Made by a program: the position numbers and the translations under genes | The notes under the pieces: model-generated | Told to the model about the DNA's origin: nothing | The model's input: the letters and a program-made list of their open reading frames with translations, nothing else | Databases searched by the model: none | DNA from: a virus | Lineage: Duplodnaviria; Heunggongvirae; Uroviricota; Caudoviricetes | IMG/VR virus record: IMGVR_UViG_3300033747_000014 | Direction: 5' to 3' (one strand) | Length of the DNA: 64,000 nt | In this document: one piece after another, positions 38,672 through 46,903 of the stretch | Layout: every line of letters begins with the position of its first letter | How positions within the stretch are numbered: position 1 is the first letter of the stretch

Positions 38672-39175
38672 ATGGGGGTAATTGGTAAAAGAAACAAAGA
38701 TAAAAAACCGATAAAGAAAAAAAGAGAATATAACAATGATTCACACAAAGAATTGATTGAAATAGTAGCTAAATGGTTAAAGAAACACACCAACAATGCT
38801 CAAATACCAAATTGTCCGTATATTGCTAAGGATTTAATGACAAATACTGATAATGGTGAGATACCTGATGTTATTGGTTGGAATTACTGGACTAGTGTTT
38901 TAATTGAAGTTAAAGTTAGTAGACAAGATTTTCTTAAAGACCAGAATAAGAAATTTAGATATATGCCTGAATTAGGAATGGGTGAATTTAGATATTATTG
39001 TTGTCCAGAAGGATTAATCAAAGAAGAAGAACTACCGGAAGGATGGGGTTTATTATATTTAAATGATAAAAATAAAATAGATACCATTAAAATTGCAGAT
39101 AGAAAAGAATCGAATTTAATGTGTGAAAGAACAATGCTATTGAGTTTAATTAGGAGAAATAAAATTGCTTTATGA
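38672..39175 (+). CDS. PD-(D/E)xK nuclease-fold protein (putative)
   Basis: IPDVIGW...LIEVKVS matches a D...(E/D)xK core. Confidence 0.35.
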   Translation: MGVIGKRNKDKKPIKKKREYNNDSHKELIEIVAKWLKKHTNNAQIPNCPYIAKDLMTNTDNGEIPDVIGWNYWTSVLIEVKVSRQDFLKDQNKKFRYMPELGMGEFRYYCCPEGLIKEEELPEGWGLLYLNDKNKIDTIKIADRKESNLMCERTMLLSLIRRNKIAL

Positions 39176-39331
39176 ATATGAAAGTAAAAGTATATTATGA
39201 AGATATGGGATCAACAATGGGTGGATGGGAAATTGTTAATATTTTTAAGTTGATGTGGTGGATATTTATTGGTAGCATAAGACCGAAGGACAAATCTGCA
39301 AGATATTACATAAGAAAAATTGAAACAATAG

Positions 39332-39643
39332 ATGGTTTTAGAATTTAAAACGAACACTATGAAAATAAAAAATATTGAAGTAAATTTGGATGCTAATGGA
39401 ATGGAAGTTTCTAATCATTACTATGTAATGAATTATTATCCTTTCATTGTTACATATAAATCTTGGTTTAAAACAAAAACAATGAATGTTTATCCAACAC
39501 AGGTTTATGGATATCCTGTAGATTATGTTGCTTATTGTAATGAACTTGGCAAAGAATTACCTATAAGCATTTGTAAGCAATTAAATAATTATTCGGAAAT
39601 GTTATATAATAATAAAGAATATAAAGTTAAAGAAAAAAAATAA
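39332..39643 (+). CDS. hypothetical protein
   Basis: 103-aa ORF. Confidence 0.3.
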   Translation: MVLEFKTNTMKIKNIEVNLDANGMEVSNHYYVMNYYPFIVTYKSWFKTKTMNVYPTQVYGYPVDYVAYCNELGKELPISICKQLNNYSEMLYNNKEYKVKEKK

Positions 39644-39647
39644 AATT

Positions 39648-40034
39648 ATGGATATTAGTAAAAATACAGTAATATTAGATCTCAATCGTTATAATGAATT
39701 AATGACATATGAGAAATTTGCATTAGAAGATATTGAAGAAAATGCTATCTATATTAATAGAGATTATGGTGGGATTACTAAATATAATATTTTAACCACT
39801 GATGAATGTTTAAAAGAAATCGGTGAGAAATATAATTTTGTTCTTGAAAATACAGTTTCGTTAACACTCTATAATGATTTAAGAGATAAGAATAAAATAT
39901 TAGATGAAAGAAATGATGAATTATTACGTGAAGTTAATAAAATGGCTGAAGATTTTGAAATAATTGCAAAAGAATTAAGAACATTTAAAGCCATGTCAGT
40001 TAAAGAGTTTAAAGAGTATAAAAAAAACAAATAA
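39648..40034 (+). CDS. hypothetical protein
   Basis: 128-aa ORF. Confidence 0.3.
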   Translation: MDISKNTVILDLNRYNELMTYEKFALEDIEENAIYINRDYGGITKYNILTTDECLKEIGEKYNFVLENTVSLTLYNDLRDKNKILDERNDELLREVNKMAEDFEIIAKELRTFKAMSVKEFKEYKKNK

Positions 40035-40190
40035 TATGCGAGTAGAATTTAATGTTTTAGAATTAGATGAATTAGCTTTAGGAATATTCATGGGTTATGG
40101 TAATGATAATTTCGGTGATTTTCATATTACAACAATAGGATTATTATTATTTGAAATAAATTTAGTTTTATATGTTAAAGGTTAAATGTT

Positions 40191-40889
40191 ATGAATTTTT
40201 TAATACAAACAATAAATGGTGAAGTTAAATATGATTTTTCTTTCACATTATTACAATCGATTGAATATCAAAATTGGTTAACTCCTGATTCAATTTCTTA
40301 TAAATTATCTGATGATTTCAATGAACCTAATTATATCCCTATTGGTAGTGTGGAATTTGTTTCATCTTATTTAGAAACTTTTTATGGTCGAAAACCAAAA
40401 CCTAAAAACATACCATATGATTTGATGGACGAATATTTCACCGGAAGAAAAGTTTTAAACGGTACAAATATTAATTTAAGTAAAGGAAATAGAAAATTTG
40501 TTAAATCAAATGATACTATCAAATCGTTTACTGAATTAACAGATGAAGCCCCTGTTGGTAATTATCAAATATCAGATATTGTTAATTTTGAATCTGAATA
40601 TCGATGTTTTGTATATAAAAATGAATTAGTGGGATTACAACATTATTTGGGTGATTTTACAATATTTCCAAACATATCTAAAATAAAGGATATGATATAC
40701 CATTATAAAACTAATGCTCCAGTAGCATACACATTAGATGTTGGTATTTTATCTAATTCGGAAGATACTGTGGTAGTTGAAGTTCACGATTTTTTTAGTT
40801 GTGGATTATATGGGTTTTCAAATTACAAAATATTACCATTTATGTTTTCAAGATGGTTTAATGAGTTCATAAACAAAAAAAACACTTAG
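40191..40889 (+). CDS. hypothetical protein
   Basis: 232-aa ORF, last plus-strand gene before the strand switch. Confidence 0.4.
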   Translation: MNFLIQTINGEVKYDFSFTLLQSIEYQNWLTPDSISYKLSDDFNEPNYIPIGSVEFVSSYLETFYGRKPKPKNIPYDLMDEYFTGRKVLNGTNINLSKGNRKFVKSNDTIKSFTELTDEAPVGNYQISDIVNFESEYRCFVYKNELVGLQHYLGDFTIFPNISKIKDMIYHYKTNAPVAYTLDVGILSNSEDTVVVEVHDFFSCGLYGFSNYKILPFMFSRWFNEFINKKNT

Positions 40890-40912
40890 AAATATTTCTA
40901 AGTGTTTTTTTT
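40873..40912. terminator. bidirectional intrinsic terminator between convergent genes
   Basis: Perfect palindrome AAAAAAAACACTTAGAAATATTTCTAAGTGTTTTTTTT. Confidence 0.7.
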
Positions 40913-40913
40913 G

Positions 40914-41588
40914 TTATTTACTAGATTTAGAAAAACCCACTATTTTTTTACCATTCCAATGATAAGTTTTAATTCCGAATAACCAAGCGAAATCTAAATA
41001 TTTTTTTTCGTTGTCAATATAAAACATGTAATCATATTTTTTATTGATTTCAAGCAATCTTTTAAATTTCTTCTTCTTACCTTTCATTGAATGAATTTTA
41101 TCTGGTAGAGGTAATTCTCTTTTAATAAACCATTCTTCTGTGATTGTTGGATTAGCAGAACAAATATGAACTTTCGATCTTTCAATACATAGATTGTACA
41201 GTCTTTCAAACTTTCTGTCAGTAACCACACCATCAAAATCTAAGACAATAATATTGTTTAAACCCTTAAATAGTTCCAATGATGGAAAAAATCTATCAAA
41301 TCTATGCTTTACAACTCTTTCTGGTTTCTCTAATGAAAATTCTCTTGTAAAATTATGTATTTTTCTAATTCTATTTGTCATATATTCCATATAATAGAAT
41401 AAATCCATATCAACATCCTTTAAGTGTTTTGAAATATTAATTGTTTTTCTAACAAATATTTCTGTTAAAATATGTTTAATGTGAATAACTTCACTTCGAA
41501 CACTTAAAACTTTACTAATCCCATAATCATTTGCAGAGGAAGGGATATTTGTTAAATAATTCATAATATTTGGTTTTATTATATACAA
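40914..41588 (-). CDS. HAD-superfamily phosphatase-like protein
   Basis: Motif I VLDFDGVVTD, later ICSANP and YIDNE. Confidence 0.45.
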   Translation of the reverse strand: MYIIKPNIMNYLTNIPSSANDYGISKVLSVRSEVIHIKHILTEIFVRKTINISKHLKDVDMDLFYYMEYMTNRIRKIHNFTREFSLEKPERVVKHRFDRFFPSLELFKGLNNIIVLDFDGVVTDRKFERLYNLCIERSKVHICSANPTITEEWFIKRELPLPDKIHSMKGKKKKFKRLLEINKKYDYMFYIDNEKKYLDFAWLFGIKTYHWNGKKIVGFSKSSK

Positions 41589-41682
41589 TGTCCAGTTTTT
41601 TATTTAATAAACTGGACAAATAATTCAACAATGTACAATTATATCAATATATTGAACAAATTAACCTACAATGTACAATATA

Positions 41683-42000
41683 TTAAGGTGCAATTCCAAA
41701 TTCATAACTATATGTTTCTGGCCCATCTTCACCATTTTTCATCTCTTCAACCCAATCCCAATATTTTTGAGGTGGTTTATCTAAATCAAATATATATTCT
41801 TCATGTTTATCATCATATACCCTTCTTTTAATAATAACATTTGTATCATTTAATATTCTTGCTATTTGATCGATTAACCAATCTTTATGATGGGAACCAT
41901 CAATTCCAGAATACATTTCAATCCAATACATTGCCCAATCATGTTTGTTATATAAAGCATAAGGGGTGTTTTTTACATTTATTGTTTCTTCTTTCAACAT
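41683..42000 (-). CDS. hypothetical protein
   Basis: 105-aa ORF. Confidence 0.3.
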   Translation of the reverse strand: MLKEETINVKNTPYALYNKHDWAMYWIEMYSGIDGSHHKDWLIDQIARILNDTNVIIKRRVYDDKHEEYIFDLDKPPQKYWDWVEEMKNGEDGPETYSYEFGIAP

Positions 42001-42006
42001 AGTAAT

Positions 42007-42222
42007 TTATTTTGAATTATCATCAACAAGAATTCTATATTCTTCTTTTTTACCTCTTAGATCCAATGAACCATCTTTATAACATTTAACGTTAACGATT
42101 GTATCATCAGGTAAATTGAGTTGTAAGAACTTATGAGAGCATTTAGATTTATCTAAATCAGAAACTTTCATTTCTCTAACAAATGTAATCCAATCTTTCC
42201 TTGTTATTGTTTTTATTTTCAT
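42007..42222 (-). CDS. hypothetical protein
   Basis: 71-aa ORF. Confidence 0.25.
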   Translation of the reverse strand: MKIKTITRKDWITFVREMKVSDLDKSKCSHKFLQLNLPDDTIVNVKCYKDGSLDLRGKKEEYRILVDDNSK

Positions 42223-42224
42223 AA

Positions 42225-42494
42225 TTATCTTTCTATTATTTGATCAACATAATTTAAAGCTTGTTCCCAACAAGAACGTCTACCAAATCTACCCCAACCC
42301 ATAGTGTTTTTAGGATTAGTTTCAAAAACAGTAGGATCATCATCTCTTGATATAACTAAATAACAATTGGAAAACCCATCATTATATATTTGCTCTCTCC
42401 ATTGAAAACCACATTGAATAAAATAGTTCTGAGTTTTCATAATGAATATGTCATCATGAGACAAATGATTATTATAATTTATTTTTTCTTTCAT
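42225..42494 (-). CDS. hypothetical protein
   Basis: 89-aa ORF immediately downstream (minus sense) of CRISPR array 1. Confidence 0.3.
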   Translation of the reverse strand: MKEKINYNNHLSHDDIFIMKTQNYFIQCGFQWREQIYNDGFSNCYLVISRDDDPTVFETNPKNTMGWGRFGRRSCWEQALNYVDQIIER

Positions 42495-42540
42495 AATCGT
42501 TTTATTTTTGTTTAAATTTTGGTAGTCTCACTACTCTTAT

Positions 42541-42555
42541 GGTTACAAATATAAG
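42541..42555 (-). promoter_or_regulatory. TATATTTG promoter box (minus strand)
   Basis: CAAATATA at 42546-42553 upstream of the 42494 start. Confidence 0.45.
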
Positions 42556-42704
42556 AAAATTGTTTAAATATTAAAGTTAAACGATGTTAAAAATAACAAA
42601 AAACTGCACAATAACATTGTGTTGGTTATTGTGCAGAAAATAAATGTGTTAATTTTTTATTCCTAATTGGCTTAGATTATTAATTTAAATTGAATACACA
42701 TATA

Positions 42705-43466
42705 TTTGTGATTCTCTTTCAGAATAAGTTTATTACTACTTTTGGAATGCTTGTCAATAACTATGAATGTGTTGTGATTCCCCTTTGGAATGAGGTTATT
42801 ACTACTATCCAGATAACAACGGTTTACCAAGTCTTTGTTGTGATTCCCTTTCGGAATGAGGTTATTACTATTATTTGTGCTTCTCTGTTGTGTTCCCTGT
42901 TCGTTGTGATTCCCTTTCAGAATAAGTCTATTACTATTATATTCATTCTGGAGGTGCTTATAAGCATCGTTGTGATTCCCTTTCAGAATAAGTCTATTAC
43001 CATTTTTTTAGCCAAAACGGCCTTAGAATCGTCTGTTGTGATTCCCTTTCAGAATAAGTCTATTACCATTCGCAATTCCAGCACCTGCAAGGATTCCACC
43101 GTTGTGATTCCCTTTCAGAATAAGTCTATTACCATTTTCTGTAAATGCACCACCTAAAGAATTTGTGTTGTGATTCCCTTTCAGAATAAGTCTATTACCA
43201 TTATTAGAATTATTAGAAATGTGGGATGAATAGTTGTGATTCCCTTTCAGAATAAGTCTATTACCATTTCCACCATACAGTTTAAAGAATGAAGTATTGT
43301 TGTGATTCCCTTTCAGAATAAGTCTATTACCATTTTTTGATTTACTATATTTTTTAAATAGTCTGTTGTGATTCCCTTTCAGAATAAGTCTATTACCATT
43401 TAGAGGGTGTTATGTCCGAGCCGGATGATGGTTGTGATTCCCTTTCAGAATAAGTCTATTACCATT
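42705..43466 (-). CRISPR. CRISPR array 1: 12 repeats of 36 nt, 11 spacers of 30 nt; leader at high-coordinate end
   Basis: Plus-strand repeat GTTGTGATTCCCTTTCAGAATAAGTCTATTACCATT at 42903, 42969, 43035, 43101, 43167, 43233, 43299, 43365, 43431. Three progressively degenerate copies at 42705, 42771, 42837. Repeats abut conserved ATACCCACATATAAAT. Confidence 0.95.
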
Positions 43467-43573
43467 ATACCCACATATAAATCATTGTTAATGAATAACA
43501 TATTATAAAATTTTGATGAAAAAAATGATTAAATATATGTGATTGGTATGTTATCATGATGAAAATTTTAATT

Positions 43574-44278
43574 CTACTTATATAAATGATTAAATTGTGT
43601 TGTATGTATCACACCAAAACCAGAACCTGTTGATTGTCCAATACCATAATTATATATAGCTTCGGCAACCTTTCTATTTGTTTTAATTCTGATTTGACAA
43701 ATATTTGCACGATTTAAAACATTTTTACTATAAATATTTCTAACCTTATGGCTATTATGATTATCAATAACCAATTCAAAATCATTAAAGTTTAATTTAG
43801 AATCAATTTTTTTGAATTTATTAATAATTTGATTTTTCAAAGCATTAACAAGGTTAGAATCATTAAGAGTATAAAAATTTTCATTTGATTTCCCTTCATC
43901 ATGTTTTTTTAGAATAAACCCAGATGTTAAGGTTTTAAAATAGTTCCATCCATTATAGAATTGCTCTTGAATATAATCAACAGATTTAAAATCCATCCCA
44001 TATCCAATTGTTTTTGCTTCCATTGCTCCAATAAGAATTTTATTTAAAATCTCTTGGTCTGGTGATGTTACAATTAAATACCCACCATTTGGATAGTTAA
44101 TGTGTTTACCATTATCAACGATAACACCACCCTCTAATCTACTAATATTGTAGTTTGATACACCGTTATGATATTCATTATTATCACCAAAACATTTGGT
44201 GTGTATGAATGAATTAACAACGCTAAGGTTATTTGGTACTTTATCAGTATTTGGTGTAAAGTTTATTTTTAATCTCAT
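43574..44278 (-). CDS. cas6: Cas6-like RAMP protein (putative crRNA endoribonuclease)
   Basis: 234 aa. C-terminal glycine-rich loop GIGQSTGSGFGVI typical of Cas6/Cas5 RAMPs. Last gene of cas operon, adjacent to array leader. Confidence 0.5.
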   Translation of the reverse strand: MRLKINFTPNTDKVPNNLSVVNSFIHTKCFGDNNEYHNGVSNYNISRLEGGVIVDNGKHINYPNGGYLIVTSPDQEILNKILIGAMEAKTIGYGMDFKSVDYIQEQFYNGWNYFKTLTSGFILKKHDEGKSNENFYTLNDSNLVNALKNQIINKFKKIDSKLNFNDFELVIDNHNSHKVRNIYSKNVLNRANICQIRIKTNRKVAEAIYNYGIGQSTGSGFGVIHTTQFNHLYK

Positions 44279-44292
44279 AACAAATAAGTTTA

Positions 44293-45189
44293 TTAAAATT
44301 TCATTCTTTCATCTGAAATATCAGATACTTTAGTAAATTCATCAATAGACACAGCAGTATCATTTTTTATTGTATCAATCCAAACCAAACCATTATCAAG
44401 TAATGTGGCACTACCTTTGGAATTAGTGTTAAGCACATCAATCATTTCATCAGTAACAGGGACTAATATTTGTCCATGTAAAGATGCAAAATTATCAACA
44501 CCATTTACAGTTGTTCTCGCCAACCTATTTCGTGTACTAGTCATTTTTGATGGATCAGGTTGTTCAAAACTACCGTTTTTATATCGACCAAAAGCATATA
44601 TCAATGCACCACAACCACCTAAATTAGTAATTTTATTATAAAACTCTAATCTACGATTGGTTTCAACATTTTGAACATCATCAACAATTTTCATAAATGG
44701 TTTGGTTTTTGCATCAAAACCAAGACAATAATTTAAATCAGTTACAAATGTATTAAATTTTTCTGAATTATCAATATAATCCTGAACCATTCTCCAATTT
44801 AATGTTATCATCATTGACCAAGCATTATCAAGTGCTTTGTTTGTTTGAATAAATTCCATATGGTAAACATCTTTCTCCAAGAGTTTATTATGAAATTTAG
44901 GTGTATCAATTCTTATGTATGAATTTTGTGCTGCATTAAAATAAACCTCATTACGTTCATAAAATACTTTTCTATTACTAGGTACAGGACGTTCGTTGAA
45001 CAAAACATGTAACATGTTTGATATTTGATGTACTGTTATCGGTTCAACAAAGGGTTCAATATCTTTCCTTTTCTTTATAGTTGAGTTATAAGAGGTGAAG
45101 GAAATATCCTTACACCTCTTGTTATCTGAAACTCTATCTTTTCTGAAAAGTTTTGCATCTTTAAAATTAAGAATCAAATACTTACTCAT
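44293..45189 (-). CDS. Cascade subunit candidate (Cas7- or Cas5-like), unclassified
   Basis: Start trimmed to MSKYLILNF to avoid a 65-nt overlap. Contains GGCGALIYAFGRYKNG. Position matches a backbone or Cas5 subunit. Confidence 0.4.
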   Translation of the reverse strand: MSKYLILNFKDAKLFRKDRVSDNKRCKDISFTSYNSTIKKRKDIEPFVEPITVHQISNMLHVLFNERPVPSNRKVFYERNEVYFNAAQNSYIRIDTPKFHNKLLEKDVYHMEFIQTNKALDNAWSMMITLNWRMVQDYIDNSEKFNTFVTDLNYCLGFDAKTKPFMKIVDDVQNVETNRRLEFYNKITNLGGCGALIYAFGRYKNGSFEQPDPSKMTSTRNRLARTTVNGVDNFASLHGQILVPVTDEMIDVLNTNSKGSATLLDNGLVWIDTIKNDTAVSIDEFTKVSDISDERMKF

Positions 45190-46237
45190 CTTTTTTCTTT
45201 TTTGATGTTTTCGATTTCTTTTGTTTTTTCTCTTCATCAAGGACACGTTTCATTTCATCCTTAATTTCTTGCCTTTTGATTTTGGCTACTTCAATGTCAA
45301 TTAACTCATAAAACATATATGGATCAAAATCAAGGTTATCAATGTCTTCTTCAGATTTTATTTCAATCCAACCATCTTCATTGTTGAAAGTATCTTCTGC
45401 AGGTTTCTCAACCAGTTTAACTTTCAATGTTTCAACTGTTGCAAAAGCATCTTTCTTTTTAATGTTAATATTAAACACTTTTTTCAATGAGTCTTTAACA
45501 AGTTGAACAACATTTTCCTCACTCAACAACACACCATATTCAGGAATTTCGATTGATGTGTTTTTCATTTGATGATAACCCAATTCTGAATTAAACCCTG
45601 ATAGTTTTTGTGCAAGGAATTGTTTATATAGATGATATTTGTCGGGATTAAATGAATATCTATCAAATACAGAATCACAACTAATAAATTGAAGAGTCAT
45701 TAAATCGATATTACCCATTGCTTCATATTTAATATTACCAATGGTTTCTTTTTGATAATAAGTAGTATCATTCTTATCCGAATCCTCATTTTGAACAACC
45801 TTTTCACCACTACGTGAAAATACTTCAATTTTTGACATTGCATTACAAGTTTGTTCTGCACTACTTAAAGTAATTGCACCTTTTCGTTTAACTGTTTCAG
45901 GTTTATTTGCAAACAAATAACCTCTAACAAGCGAAAGGGGCGATGCAATATAAGAATACAATAATGCATCGTGATGTGCAATGTTTGGGGTTTGAGCGAT
46001 AACATCATGCCTAAACATATTGTTTTTCAATGCATCACTACTGATTTTGAGTTTGTAGGTAATTTTTCCTTCATCATCTTTATACAAATTTTTCTTTGCA
46101 TAAGATACATTTGAATGCCCACCTACGTTTCTTAAATGTGTATCTTTCAACACATATTTTTGATCATTTGAATCATAGTTTACAACACCATGACCATTCA
46201 TTTCCATTTTAAACAAAATGTTCTTTACATTTTTCAT
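45182..46237 (-). CDS. Cascade subunit candidate (Cas7/Cas5/Cas8-like), unclassified, Lys/Glu-rich C-terminal tail
   Basis: 351-aa ORF, first gene after the tandem promoters. Co-operonic with cas6-like and cas3. Confidence 0.4.
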   Translation of the reverse strand: MKNVKNILFKMEMNGHGVVNYDSNDQKYVLKDTHLRNVGGHSNVSYAKKNLYKDDEGKITYKLKISSDALKNNMFRHDVIAQTPNIAHHDALLYSYIASPLSLVRGYLFANKPETVKRKGAITLSSAEQTCNAMSKIEVFSRSGEKVVQNEDSDKNDTTYYQKETIGNIKYEAMGNIDLMTLQFISCDSVFDRYSFNPDKYHLYKQFLAQKLSGFNSELGYHQMKNTSIEIPEYGVLLSEENVVQLVKDSLKKVFNINIKKKDAFATVETLKVKLVEKPAEDTFNNEDGWIEIKSEEDIDNLDFDPYMFYELIDIEVAKIKRQEIKDEMKRVLDEEKKQKKSKTSKKKKDE

Positions 46238-46282
46238 TTTTAAAAAATTTAAGTTAATAAAATATTAATTGTTTTTGATTAC

Positions 46283-46349
46283 GATACAAATATATAAAAC
46301 TTTTTTGAAACAACAAAAAAAATTATACAAATATATAAAACTTTTTTGT
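46283..46349 (-). promoter_or_regulatory. tandemly duplicated TATATTTG promoters (minus strand) driving the cas operon
   Basis: Two copies of ATACAAATATATAAAACTTTTTTG, with CAAATATA at 46287-46294 and 46328-46335. Confidence 0.5.
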
Positions 46350-46435
46350 ATTGTTTTAAAAATCAATTTAATACAATTCCCATATGGTATAAGATTATTA
46401 ATACTATGTTCAAAATAATTGATATACCCAACATC

Positions 46436-46801
46436 GTTGTGATTCCCTTTCAGAATAAGTCTATTACCATTAAAGTTAAGTTTGCATATTAAAAACCTCT
46501 GGTTGTGATTCTCTTTCAGAATAAGTCTATTACCATTAGAAACAGCTTTATTTTGTCCGATCCAACTGTTGTGATTCCCTTTCAGAATAAGTCTATTACC
46601 ATTATATAACTTTTTATCTTTTCCCTCAATGGTGTTGTGATTCCCTTTCAGAATAAGTCTATTACCATTTCTGCCTGTGGTTACTAAACTAACATCAATG
46701 TTGTGATTCCCTTTCAGAATAAGTCTATTACCATTTATCAGGGAAAAAAGAACCACTTTGAGTTGGTTGTGATTCCCTTTCAGAATAAGTCTATTACCAT
46801 T
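46436..46801 (-). CRISPR. CRISPR array 2: 6 repeats of 36 nt, 5 spacers of 30 nt
   Basis: Same repeat at 46436, 46502 (one mismatch), 46568, 46634, 46700, 46766. Followed by the same ATACCCACATATAAAT junction as array 1. Confidence 0.95.
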
Positions 46802-46903
46802 ATACCCACATATAAATATGTGATAAACAGTTATTTAAAGATAAATAATTAAATAAAATTACTTTATTTGTTTGATTAAACGATGGTTTATTTTTCATTT
46901 TTT

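Noticed and set aside
42690-43157. 155-aa plus-strand ORF spanning CRISPR array 1
   Set aside because: Its protein is a periodic translation of the 36-nt repeat (VVIPFQNKSITI repeated), so it is an artefact.
46265-46756. 163-aa minus-strand ORF spanning CRISPR array 2
   Set aside because: Its protein is the repeat translated (NGNRLILKGNHN repeated), so it is an artefact.
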